A stretch of 64,000 bases of DNA from an uncultured Acidobacteriota bacterium (GCA_963827515.1 CAWHBF010000024.1:30902-94901); one strand, 5' to 3'; positions 19,901-29,802 are shown, counted from the stretch's first letter. The notes: generated by a model not told the origin, from the letters alone. A program made the numbers and translations.

Positions 19901-20265
19901 GGCGACCGGCATCGCCGAATCAGCGGGTCAATCAGGTGCTCGAGGACCCGTATGCGGCGGACAAAACGATCGACGCCTACCTGAACCGGGCGGCGTTCGC
20001 GTTGCCGGCGTCGGGGACGCTCGGCGACCACAAGAATGGCAGCATCCAAGGCCCTGGATTCTGGAATGTCGATCTGGCGATCACGAGGCTCCTCCCCATC
20101 ACCGGACGGCAGACACTGGAACTTCGGATCGAGACATTCAATCTTTTCAACACCTTCAACTGGGGCGACCCAGTTACCAACTTCAACGCCGCCACGTTTG
20201 GTCGGATTCTCTCCCAGACTGGCGATCCACGAATCATGCAGTTCGGCGTCAAGTACGGCTTCTGA
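16929..20265 (+). pseudogene. TonB-dependent receptor 1 (CarboxypepD_reg + plug + barrel), about 14 frameshifts
   Basis: AQLNGRVADESGAVLPGVTVTVTQTDTGFTRTVVTEGDGAYVMPNLPTGPYRLEVSLQGFRTY.. ; homologous segments can be followed through all three frames down to ..NLFNTFNWGDP..FGRILSQTGDPRIMQFGVKYGF with a terminal Phe. Confidence 0.8.
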
Positions 20266-20283
20266 GACGGTGCGGAGGATGGA

Positions 20284-23200
20284 ATGAAGCAAGTGATGAG
20301 GCGTGTCGGGATCGTGGCGTTGTTGCTCGCGATGAGCGGCGGATCCGCGTGGGCGCAGGCGACGGCTCAGATGAGCGGCACCGTGCGGGATGAAAGCGGC
20401 GCCGTGCTGCCGGGCGTGACGGTTACCGTGACGCAGACGGACACCGGCTTCACGCGAAGTGTCGTCACCGAAGGCGAAGGATCGTACGTGATGCCGAACC
20501 TCCCGACAGGACCGTACAGGTTGGAGGTGTCGCTGCAGGGGTTCCGGACGTACGTGCAGACCGGCATCGTGCTGCAGGTGGGCGCCGCTCCGACGATCAA
20601 CGCGGAGTTGGCCGTTGGAAATCTCGAGGAGTCGGTGACCGTGGACGCCGCAGCGCCGCTCGTGGACGTGCAGAGCGCCGGTATCTCCGAAGTCGTCGAC
20701 AACGATCGCATCGTGGAGCTGCCGCTTCAGGGGCGCCAGGTCACGAATCTCATCGTGCTCGCCGGTGCGGCGGTCAACACGGGTGACGTCAGCGGCCAGC
20801 GCAACCGTTCGGATTCCGTGGCGATTTCAGTGGCGGGCGGGCTTCGAACGGGTGTGGCCTACGTGCTGGACGGGGCGATGCACAACGACCCGTACGACAA
20901 CACGAACATGCCGTTCCCCTTCCCTGACGCTCTGCAGGAATTCTCGGTGGCGACGAGCGGGCTGTCGGCGCAGAACGGCATGCACTCCGGCGCGTCGGTC
21001 AATGCGGTCACCCGCTCGGGCACCAACGCCTTTCACGGCAACGGGTTCGAGTTCCTCCGCCATAGCGGGTTCAACGCCACCGACCCGTTCGCGCCCGTCG
21101 GGGCGGACGGCGACAGGGTAGACGATGGCCTCGTTCGCAATCAGTTTGGTGGGACGCTGGGTGGACCCATCATTCGAGACAAGCTCTTCTTCTTCGGCGG
21201 GTATCAGGGGACGATCACACGGCAGACGCCGGCGTCGTACGTCGCCTTCGTGCCGACGCCGGCGATGCTCGCCGGCGACTTCACGGGAATCGCGTCGCCG
21301 GCGTGCAACGCCGGCCGGCAGGTGCGCCTTGCGCGCCCCGTTCGTGAACAACCAGATCAATCCCGCCCAGTTCAGTCAGGCCGCGGTGAGTATTTCGAAG
21401 CACCTGCCGACGCCGGTCGATCAGTGCGGCGAGATCAGGTACAGCGTGCCGCTCGACAACAACGACAAGCAGTTCGTGGCCAGGGGCGACTATCAGATGA
21501 GCGCCAACCACTCGCTGTTTGCGCGGTATATCGACGCGTTCGAGAATCGACTGCCGACGTTGTCACGCACGGGCAACATCCTGACCGTGCGGCGTGAATT
21601 CGGCGCCAACAAGCAGGCGCGCGCGCAGGCCACGGCGTTCGGCGACACGCAGGTGTTCGGCGACAACACGGTCAACGGGTTCCGCGTGACCTGGAACCGC
21701 ACGTCCAACCACCTGAACGATCCGCCCGACGAGTTCTTCGATGCACAGGACCTCGGCATCAAGCTTTACTCGTACGTGCCGGGCGTGATCGGGCTGAACG
21801 TGACCAACGGGTTCACCGTCTCTGGCGGGAACTCGGTCAAGGTGCGGGTCGAGAGCCAGGCGTACCAGGTGGCGAACGACCTGTCGATCGTGCGTGGGCG
21901 GCACCAGCTGTCGTTCGGCGGCAACGCCTCGTACTGGGAAGTGGACAGCGAGGACAACGCTCGCGCCGCGGGGGACTTCAACTTCAACGGCCAGGCGACC
22001 GGCATCGGACTGGCCGACTTCCTGACCGGGCAGACGTCGCTCGTGCGGCACGGCGCGCCGGGCGTGCTGCTGAGTGACCAGTGGTACTTCGGTCTCTACG
22101 GTCAGGACAGCTGGCGGGCCACAGATCGCATCACGTTCAACGGTGGTGTGCGCTGGGAGCCCTTCTTCGGAGCGAACTCCAAGAATGGCGCGATCTCGAA
22201 TTTCGTGCTCGACAATTTCCGGCAGGGGATCACGACCCCACGGTTCATCAACGCGCCAGCCGGACTCATCTACCCTGGCGATCCGGGATTCCCTGACGGC
22301 ACCTCGGGTCTGAATGCCCAGTGGCGGAACTTCTCGCCCCGCGTGGGCGTGGCGTGGGACGTCGCCGGCGATGGACGGACCGCCGTTCGTTCCTCGTACG
22401 GGTTGAACTACGACTTCCCGAGTTCGGTGTTCCTCTACATCGCGGCGTCGGCATCCCCGTTCGCGAATCGCGTGGAGCTGAGCGGCGTGCCGTTCGAGGA
22501 TCCCTATCGCAACGTCGGCGGCGACACCCATCCGCTGGCGCCGGATCCCCCAGTCGACGCGCAGTATCCGCCGTTCGGCGCGTATGGTGTGATGGACCCG
22601 GACATCAATTCCACCCGCGTGCAGTCGTGGAATGTCACCCTCGAACGCCAGCTCGGCACGGTCATGGCAGGCCTCGGTCAGCTATCTCGGGAGCTACGCC
22701 GATCGCATGTGGGGTCAGGTGCACATCAATCCAGGCAACTTCATGGGTCTGGGCCCCTGCGTCATCCAGGGCGTTTCGTATCCGTCGTGCACGGTGACCG
22801 GCAACGTCGATCGCCGGCGAACGTTGTATCTCGAGAACCCGACGGAGGGGCAGTGGCTCGGCCCGGTCGTGGAGTATGCGGACGTCGGCGAGCAGTCGTA
22901 TCGCGGCCTGAAGCTGTCGTTCAGGCGCCGCGCCGACCAGGGGGTCAGCCTCAGCGGCAATTACACGCTCTCCCACTGCGAATCGGACACCGAAGTGAGC
23001 GGGAGTTTCAGCCAGTTTGCGAATGGCTACCTGGACCCGAACAACCCGTCGTTCGATCGCGGGAACTGCACGCAGAACAGGCGGCAGATCGGCAACCTTT
23101 CAGTGGGCGCACAGACGCCGGAGTTTGCCAACGCGGTGGTCCGCGCGCTGGCGTCGGACTGGAGATTCTCAGGGATCTTCAGCGCTCGTTCGGGGAGCTG

Positions 23201-23591
23201 GATCACCGTGACCACCGGTCGTGACATCGCCGGCACCGGCATCGCCGCTCAGCGCGTCAATCAGGTGCTCGACGACCCGTACGGCGACAAGAGCCTGAAC
23301 AACTTCCTGAATCCGGCGGCGTTCGCGTACCCGGCGGCGGGGACGCTGGGCGACCATCAAAACGCCAGCATCGAGGGGCCCGGGTTCTGGACCGTGGACC
23401 TGGCGGTATCCAGGCTCATTACGGTGGCATCTTCGCAGAGCCTGGAGTTGCGGATCGAGGCCTTCAACCTGCTCAACAACTTCAACTATGGCCTTCCGAA
23501 TGCAAACCTCGATGCGGGCACGTTCGGCCGGATCACCGCCCAGAGCGGCGAGATGCGGGTGATGCAGTTCGGGCTCAAGTACGGCTTTTAG
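20284..23591 (+). CDS. TonB-dependent receptor 2 (two frameshifts, near 21330 and 22660)
   Basis: Signal peptide + AQMSGTVRDESGAVLPGVTVTVTQTDTGFTRSVV..; ..[15 protein letters not shown]..; ..WQASVSYLGSYADRMWGQV..; ends ..MRVMQFGLKYGF. Paralogue of the receptors at 16929, 41035 and 45658. Confidence 0.85.
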
Positions 23592-23678
23592 AATGGACCT
23601 GCTGTACACTGCATGGCGCAATTGACGCAGGCGAGCAGTCTAGAGGTCCGTACGGGGCGACGCAGGGGAGCGAGCGAT

Positions 23679-24587
23679 ATGCATCAGGGGCGGCTCGGTT
23701 TGTCACAGTGGGGCCGTGTGCCCGTGCTGCTGTTACTCGTCATGTCAGTGAGTCAGCCGGCGTTCGCGCAAGTGGACATCTCGGGTCTCTGGCGTCCGTT
23801 GGCCCGCAACCAGGATGGGAGTGGGATGACGGGCGATTCGGCTGGCCTTCCCCTTAGTTCGGAGGGACAGTCTCGATCGCAGAGCTGGTCACCCGAAGAC
23901 TTCGACGTCGCCGAGTGGGTGTGCCGGCCACACTCATTTGACTACTCGCTCGAGGGGCCTCTCTCGGCGCTGCGTCTGTGGACGGAGCAGGATCGGCCCA
24001 CTCAGAAGATCGTCGCGTACCACGGGCACCTCAACATGATGGAGCAGGAAACCTCCATTTGGATGGATGGCCGCCCCCATCCTCCGGCGAATGCCCCGCA
24101 CACGTGGAGTGGTTTTTCGACTGGGGAGTGGGACGGCGACGTGCTGGTCGTCACGACGACCCACCTCAAGGAAGCGTACATGCGGCGGACGGGCGTGATG
24201 CGCAGCGATCGGGCGACGGTGCGCACGCGGTGGCGGCGCATGGGGAACTATCTGCAAGCGACTTCGATTCTGTACGACCCCGTCCACATGCTGGAACCGT
24301 ACGTGCGAAGCACGATGATGTGGGTCTACGACCCCGGTCTCGCCGAGGCGCCCTATCCGTGCGAGGAGGCCACCGAGACCGCCGTACCGCGGGGCAACAC
24401 ACCGCACTTTCTGCCGGGCCAGAGCCCGTTGCCCGGCCTGAATCCGAACTTGGCGGATCGCTTCGGCACGCCTCACGAAGCGCGGCTGGGCGGGCCCACC
24501 ACGATGTATCCTGAGTACATCGCGAAGATGAAAACCCTTCCCCGCCCGGCGACGGCGGCGGCTCCGGCTGGGGCCGCGGAGAACTAG
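23679..24587 (+). CDS. secreted hypothetical protein, distant relative of the HTEQLH family
   Basis: Signal peptide ..SQPAFA; VDISGLWRP..; ..IWMDGRPHPPANAPHTWSGFSTGEWDGDVLVVTTTHLK.. parallels FMDGRKHP..W.GHS.G.WEGDTLV.DT of the family. ATG 23679 has GGGGAG upstream. Confidence 0.7.
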   Translation: MHQGRLGLSQWGRVPVLLLLVMSVSQPAFAQVDISGLWRPLARNQDGSGMTGDSAGLPLSSEGQSRSQSWSPEDFDVAEWVCRPHSFDYSLEGPLSALRLWTEQDRPTQKIVAYHGHLNMMEQETSIWMDGRPHPPANAPHTWSGFSTGEWDGDVLVVTTTHLKEAYMRRTGVMRSDRATVRTRWRRMGNYLQATSILYDPVHMLEPYVRSTMMWVYDPGLAEAPYPCEEATETAVPRGNTPHFLPGQSPLPGLNPNLADRFGTPHEARLGGPTTMYPEYIAKMKTLPRPATAAAPAGAAEN

Positions 24588-24588
24588 C

Positions 24589-25641
24589 ATGAACCAACTG
24601 CAGCGCAAGTCGTCGGCCACTGGTCGGCTGACGTTCGTGTGGATGTCAACGATCGCGTGCCTGGGGTTGCTCGGTCTGAGCGAGCAGGTCTTCACGCAGG
24701 CGAATCAGAATCGCAGCCGGATGTGGGCGCCTCCCATCGCGGGCGCCGCGCCGGGGGAGATTCAGGTGCTGCCGGTTCAGGGCAACGTGCACGTGCTGAT
24801 CGGGGCGGGCGCGAACATCGCGGTGCAGGCCGGCGCCGACGGCGTGCTGATGGTGGACACGGGAAATGCGGCGATGAGCGCCAAGGTCATCGCGGCCATG
24901 AAGTCCATCTCCGGTCGCCCGCTGCGCTACATCGTGAACACGACGGACCGCGCTGACCACACCGGGGGGAACTCCGCGATTGCGGATATCGGCGAGACGA
25001 TTCCCTTCCGCGAACCCAATTACACGGCCGGCCCTCAGGGCGCTCTCGACGTTGGCCGCGCCTCCATCATTTCGTACTACACGGTGATGCACCGCATGTC
25101 GGCTCCCACGGGCAAGGCGGCGCCGATTCCAGAGTCCGGGTGGCCCGACAACACGTATTCGATTGAGCAAAAGCGGCTCTACTTCAACGATGAACCCGTC
25201 GTGATCATGCATCAGACGGCGAACAACGACGGCAATAGCATCGTGCTCTTCAGGAAGTCCGACGTTGTCAGCGCCGGCGACATCTTGGACCTCACGGGGT
25301 ATCCCTTCATCGACCCTGCGGGCGGTGGCTCGATCGGGACGATGGTGACGTCGTTGAACCGACTGATTGACGTGGTCGTCCCGAAGGCCAATGCCGCGGG
25401 CGGCACCATGGTCATTCCGGGGCACGGTCGCATCGCGGATCATGCTGAAGTGGTCTACTATCGCGACATGATGACCATCGTGCGAGATCGGGTTCGGGCG
25501 TCGATCGGCAAGGGGATGACCCTCGAACAGGTCAAGGCGGCCAGGCCCACCCGTGACTGGGACGCGCGGTTTGGCAGGGACACGGGCGACTGGACGACGA
25601 GCATGTTCGTAGAGGCTGTGTATCAAAGCCTCAAGAAGTAA
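24589..25641 (+). CDS. secreted MBL-fold metallo-hydrolase
   Basis: 350 aa with signal peptide; ..VLMVDTGNA..; ..RYIVNTTDRADHTGGN.. (variant of the HxHxDH motif); ..VIPGHG... Confidence 0.7.
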   Translation: MNQLQRKSSATGRLTFVWMSTIACLGLLGLSEQVFTQANQNRSRMWAPPIAGAAPGEIQVLPVQGNVHVLIGAGANIAVQAGADGVLMVDTGNAAMSAKVIAAMKSISGRPLRYIVNTTDRADHTGGNSAIADIGETIPFREPNYTAGPQGALDVGRASIISYYTVMHRMSAPTGKAAPIPESGWPDNTYSIEQKRLYFNDEPVVIMHQTANNDGNSIVLFRKSDVVSAGDILDLTGYPFIDPAGGGSIGTMVTSLNRLIDVVVPKANAAGGTMVIPGHGRIADHAEVVYYRDMMTIVRDRVRASIGKGMTLEQVKAARPTRDWDARFGRDTGDWTTSMFVEAVYQSLKK

Positions 25642-25661
25642 GTTTGAAAGGAGACACTCTC

Positions 25662-26051
25662 ATGGTTCGTACTATCTTGCTGATCATCGCCGGCATCACC
25701 CTTCTGGCAGGGGGCGATCGGGTGTTCGCGCACCACTCGTTTTCGGCGACGTACGATTCGGCCAACAAGGTCGAAATCGAAGGGGTGGTGAAGGAGTTCG
25801 TCTGGCGCAATCCGCATTCGTTCATGAGGATTGACGTCACCGACAAGGCAGGAGAGGTCAAGACGTGGGCGTTGGAGTGGGGGTCGACGAACGACTTGAC
25901 GCAGGCGCAGATCACCCGCACGACGCTCAAGCCCGGCGACAAGATCATCGTGACCGGCGAGGCCGCACGCGATCAATCGTCGCTTCGACTGCTCATCGTG
26001 AGCGTGAATCGGCCGAGTGACGGATTCTCGTGGCGGGGAAGGGTCGAGTAA
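25662..26051 (+). CDS. DUF6152-like small secreted protein, copy 2
   Basis: ..GGDRVFA / HHSFSATYD..VEIEGVVKEFVWRNPH... AAAGGAG lies 8 nt before ATG 25662. Confidence 0.8.
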   Translation: MVRTILLIIAGITLLAGGDRVFAHHSFSATYDSANKVEIEGVVKEFVWRNPHSFMRIDVTDKAGEVKTWALEWGSTNDLTQAQITRTTLKPGDKIIVTGEAARDQSSLRLLIVSVNRPSDGFSWRGRVE

Positions 26052-26053
26052 GC

Positions 26054-26815
26054 ATGCGTTCTCTGTGGCTGCCGCTGTGTGCGGTTCTCCTCGTCGGCGT
26101 TCCCGGTACTGCTGACGCTCAAGGGCGTGGGCGTGCCGGCGGCGGGCCACCACAAACCGGACGTGCCGCTGCTCCCAGAGACCTGACCGGGACCTGGGTG
26201 TCGGTGGTCACGGAGCACTGGCACTTGCGGATGCTCGTGCCGCCGAAGGGCGAATTCGCGATGCTGCCGCTCAATCCCGAGGCCCGAACGCTCGCTGGGG
26301 CATGGGATCCGGCCAAGGAGCCAGCGGCCGAGGCGTGTCGTTCGTATGGCGCGGCAGCCATCATGCGTGTACCCGGACGTCTCCACATCCAGTGGGTGGA
26401 CGACAACACGCTGCAGATGGACATCGACTCGGGCACACAGACTCGGATGCTGCGGTTTGGTGCGATGCCGCCGGCCAATCAGCCGCTCGAATGGCAGGGC
26501 TACTCGGTGGCGAACTGGGAAGCGCTGGGCGCGCGCGGCCGCGGCGCCATGCCCACGCAGCTCAGGGTCAGGACGAGCCGGATGCGGCCGGGTTACTTGC
26601 GCAAGAATGGCGTGCCCTATAGTGAGAACGCCACGCTCGAGGAGTACTACGATCGATTCACTGAACCAAACGGCGACGACTGGCTGGTGGTGACCAGCAT
26701 CGTGACCGATGCGAAATATCTGACTCAGCCGTACGTGACGACGAACCATTTCAGGAAGATTCCGGACAAACAGGGATGGGATCCGACGCCGTGTCGGGCC
26801 GACCAGGCCCGCTGA
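26054..26815 (+). CDS. secreted hypothetical protein (second distant relative of the HTEQLH family)
   Basis: Signal peptide MRSLWLPLCAVLLVGVPGTADA; RDLTGTWVSV.. (same D-[IL]-[ST]-G-x-W motif); C-terminal ..DDWLVVTSIVTDAKYLTQPYVTT.. parallels ..NYLQATSILYDPVHMLEPYVRST.. of the 23679 protein. Confidence 0.65.
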   Translation: MRSLWLPLCAVLLVGVPGTADAQGRGRAGGGPPQTGRAAAPRDLTGTWVSVVTEHWHLRMLVPPKGEFAMLPLNPEARTLAGAWDPAKEPAAEACRSYGAAAIMRVPGRLHIQWVDDNTLQMDIDSGTQTRMLRFGAMPPANQPLEWQGYSVANWEALGARGRGAMPTQLRVRTSRMRPGYLRKNGVPYSENATLEEYYDRFTEPNGDDWLVVTSIVTDAKYLTQPYVTTNHFRKIPDKQGWDPTPCRADQAR

Positions 26816-26848
26816 CGCCTACTTCCGTTTCGTAGGGGGGACCGATTT

Positions 26849-27941
26849 ATGCGCAGATTCCTCGTCGTTGCTTTCGTCCTCGCATTGCCGCTGGCAACTG
26901 CGGGCACCTGGGCCGCCCAGACTGCTCCGGCCGCTCCGGTCGGCACTGCCGCAGCTGGGAAGGTGCACTACACGTTCGGCAATACGTCGTGCTCGAACTG
27001 TCACGGGCATCAATGGCGAGGGCCGTTACGGTCCAGCGCTCGCCGGCCGAAAGCTCACGTACGCTCGGTTCCGAGCCTATGTTCGGAATCCGCTTGGCCG
27101 CATGCCAGCGTACCCGGCGACTGAGCTCGACGATCAGGAGATCGCCGACATGGTGGCGTACTTCGACACCCTCCCGCTCCCGACCAAGCCGGATGCGTGG
27201 CGCACCCCGCTGCCCGATCACGCCCCACGCGGACAGCAGCTCATGATCTCGATGATCGGATGCGGACAGTGTCACGGCGCCACGATCACGACACCGCGTC
27301 ATGGCGCTGCGGAGGTGAGCGGCGACTTCGAGTGGTTCAAGCGCCAGGTCTACACGCACACCACGGCGCAGCGCGAGCAGATGGCTGCCCTGGAACGCGA
27401 TGGTGTCGACGCCGTCACTCCTGGACACGTCGGCCCTCCCGGCCGCAACCGCCTTCGCATGGGTAACTACCTTCCCGCACGGCTGCCCGAGCAGACGCTC
27501 CGCGAAATGTGGGACTGGATGAAGACGCTCGGCGAGCACCTGCCGGTCCTGCATGCCACCGTAAAGGCGGGGGCACCTGGACCCGAAGGCGTCACGTATA
27601 CCGTCGAGCTGGAGAACGCCGGAGTCAAAGGTAAGGGCATCACGAATGAAGACGTCACGGTGTCCCTGGCGCTGCCGCCGGGAGCGAAGGTCGTGAAGGC
27701 CACCGGACCGTACGAAGGCTTGAAGCCCAACGCGGAAACGAAGAGTGAGGCTGCCCTGTGGCGCGTGCCGCGGATGGCCGCCGGAGACCGCCAGACCTTG
27801 ACGATTACCCTCGCGCAGCCCGCGGCGGCGCTTCGAGGCGTGATCCGTTGGGCCACGCCAAAGGTCAACGAAGAGGATAGTGACGTGGCCTTCGCGTACT
27901 CAGCCACCGGCGGTCGGGGCCGCGGGGGGGCAGGCGAGTAA
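26849..27941 (+). CDS. dihaem c-type cytochrome with C-terminal beta-sandwich domain (one frameshift at GGG 27005-27007)
   Basis: Signal peptide; CSNCHG then (after the shift) INGEGRYGPALAG...MPAY; second haem motif CGQCHG; C-terminal ..VTYTVELENAGVKGKGITNEDVTVSLALPPGAKV... Confidence 0.75.
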
Positions 27942-28092
27942 GTAGGCTGCCACGCGGACCAGTTGCGCGTTCGAACTCCGGCCTCACCAGTGCGCCTCGC
28001 GACGTGGCCGTCATGTCGCGAGAGCGCACGTCCCGCACGCATGCTGACTTCCCAATGATCCGCGAGTCTGTTACCGAAAGGGTCGATCCCAC

Positions 28093-28569
28093 ATGATGGA
28101 CGTGTTCACCTGGCTGGAAGGCAGCTCTCTATCGGTGTGGGTTCGCGAAGCGCCGACCATCTGGGCGTTTGCGACGATCATCACGCTGCACACGTTCGGG
28201 ATGGGAGTGCTCGTCGGTGCGTGCGCCGTGCTCGATCTTCGTCTTCTCGGTGTCGCCCGGAGCATTCCGATCGGGCCGCTGAGTACGCTCTATCGCGTGA
28301 TGTGGTTCGGTTTCTGGCTCAATCTCGTCACCGGCTCGCTGCTGTTTGCCGCTGATGCCACGTCCAGGGGCACGCAGTGGCTCTTCTTCGTCAAGATGTT
28401 CTTCGTGGTCACCGGCGTGGTGACGACGATGCAAATCAGGCGACACGTCTTCGATGGAAACGCAGAACCCATCGTGGTGAGTGCGCCGGTGAAGCGGCTG
28501 GCTCTCCTGTCGTTGGCGGCATGGGTGCTCGCGACGACGTCCGGCCGGCTCCTCGCGTACGTTCAGTAA
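28093..28569 (+). CDS. integral membrane protein (about 4 TM)
   Basis: 158 aa, hydrophobic segments IWAFATIITLHTFGMGVLVGACAVL, YRVMWFGFWLNLVTGSLLFA, FFVKMFFVVTGVVTTMQI, LALLSLAAWVLATTSG. Confidence 0.65.
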   Translation: MMDVFTWLEGSSLSVWVREAPTIWAFATIITLHTFGMGVLVGACAVLDLRLLGVARSIPIGPLSTLYRVMWFGFWLNLVTGSLLFAADATSRGTQWLFFVKMFFVVTGVVTTMQIRRHVFDGNAEPIVVSAPVKRLALLSLAAWVLATTSGRLLAYVQ

Positions 28570-28587
28570 GGATCGAGGTATCGTCCC

Positions 28588-29526
28588 ATGCTGCCCCAGG
28601 AGATCACGCACCTTCACCTCCTTCTCAATCACGTGCCCACCATCGGGACCGTCGTGGGCCTCGGCGTGTTCGTGATGTCGTTCGTGCGGCGGAGCGACCA
28701 TCTGAAGCACGTGAGCCTCGAGGTGCTGTATCTGATCGCCCTCGCGACGCTCCCGGCGTACATCAGCGGACTGGCTGCCCAGGCGATGATCGTCGGTCGC
28801 CCGGACATCTCCTCCGAGGCGATTGTCGCGCACCACGATGGCGCGCTCGTCGCGTTCACCTTCATCGAGATCATGGGATTCGTCGCGTGGCTCGGGCTGT
28901 GGCAGTACCGCAGGTTGGAGCGGATGGCTGCCTGGATCTCGCCGGCCATTCTGGTGCTGGGATTCCTCACCCTGGTCTTCGTCAGCAGCGCGGCCACGAT
29001 CGGCGGAGAGATTCGACACCCCGAGATCAAACTCGACGAGGCGGCGGTCGCGGCGGGCGGATGGTTCCCTGCGGAAGGGGTAGAACAGTTCGTGACCACC
29101 AATCCGTGGGTGTGGCCGACGGCCGAGGCCCTGCATTTTCTCGGGCTGTCGCTCCTGTTCGGCGTGCTGTTCACGGTGAACCTGCGGTTGATGGGTGGCC
29201 TTCGAGGCGCGTCCTTCGCGGCCTTGCACCGTCTGTTGCCGTGGGCCATGCTCGGCTTCGGCGTGAACCTCGTGACCGGCATGTTGTTCGTCATCGCGGC
29301 TGCCGACCAGTACATCGAGAACACCCCGTTCATCTGGAAGATCGCGTTCCTGATGGTGGCAGGTGCCAACCTGCTGTACCTGACCGTGTATGACCGGATC
29401 TGGGAGTTGAAAGCTGGCCAGGAACCGGTGCTCCTCGATCGCGCTGTCGCGGTGTCGGCGGTCGTGGTCTGGATGGGGGTCATTTACGCGGGCCGCATGC
29501 TGCCCTTCCTGGGGAACGCCTTCTAA
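28588..29526 (+). CDS. polytopic membrane protein (DUF2231-like N-half, C-half resembling the preceding protein)
   Basis: 312 aa; HLHLLLNHVPTIGTVVGLGVFV..; ..GGEIRHPEI..; C-half ..HFLGLSLLFGVLFTVNLRLMG..FGVNLVTGMLFV..KIAFLMVAGANLLY.. is similar to 28093..28569. Confidence 0.65.
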   Translation: MLPQEITHLHLLLNHVPTIGTVVGLGVFVMSFVRRSDHLKHVSLEVLYLIALATLPAYISGLAAQAMIVGRPDISSEAIVAHHDGALVAFTFIEIMGFVAWLGLWQYRRLERMAAWISPAILVLGFLTLVFVSSAATIGGEIRHPEIKLDEAAVAAGGWFPAEGVEQFVTTNPWVWPTAEALHFLGLSLLFGVLFTVNLRLMGGLRGASFAALHRLLPWAMLGFGVNLVTGMLFVIAAADQYIENTPFIWKIAFLMVAGANLLYLTVYDRIWELKAGQEPVLLDRAVAVSAVVVWMGVIYAGRMLPFLGNAF

Positions 29527-29618
29527 TGTCTCTCACCCTTATCGTCGCGTCCTTGGTGGCCGTCGTGGTGGTCCTGGTCGCTGTGGTCGGGCGCCTCATC
29601 GACGGCTCCGCCGAATAG
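29526..29618 (+). CDS. 30-aa single-TM micro-protein (not in the supplied ORF track)
   Basis: ATG overlaps the upstream TAA (TAATG). MSLTLIVASLVAVVVVLVAVVGRLIDGSAE, stop TAG 29616-29618. Confidence 0.4.
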   Translation: MSLTLIVASLVAVVVVLVAVVGRLIDGSAE

Positions 29619-29674
29619 TAGATACCGGGGTTGGGGGAGGGCGGCGCCGGCCGTTCGCGGCCCGCGCGTTCGGT

Positions 29675-29703
29675 TTGACAGTCGCTGTTGGCGGGGGTAG
29701 CAT
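29675..29703 (+). promoter_or_regulatory. sigma70-like promoter candidate (TTGACA-N17-TAGCAT)
   Basis: ttgaca 29675-29680, 17-nt spacer, tagcat 29698-29703; about 100 nt upstream of DUF6152-like copy 3. Confidence 0.45.
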
Positions 29704-29802
29704 CCGGCCGCGAGGCGTGCCGCAATGAACCCCGGGGTGCGGGAGTGTCCGACGTGGGCGGGAGGGTTTACACTAGACCCAACCGTGTCAGGAGGAGTCG
29801 CA

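Noticed and set aside
16929-23591. Tandem receptors 1 and 2 as a recent duplication or assembly collapse
   Set aside because: The two genes differ throughout, mostly at synonymous third positions, and have distinct signal peptides and C-termini. They are old paralogues rather than a repeat-induced artefact.
28129-29229. 366-aa minus-strand ORF opposite the two membrane-protein genes. Similar shadow ORFs lie at 24646..25626, 21563..22531, 46889..47932, 48002..49012, 5729..6487, 5887..6726 and 60842..61939.
   Set aside because: All overlap plus-strand genes that have clear family signatures. Their translations are dominated by R, P, H, G and D with no motifs, so they are treated as GC-driven artefacts.
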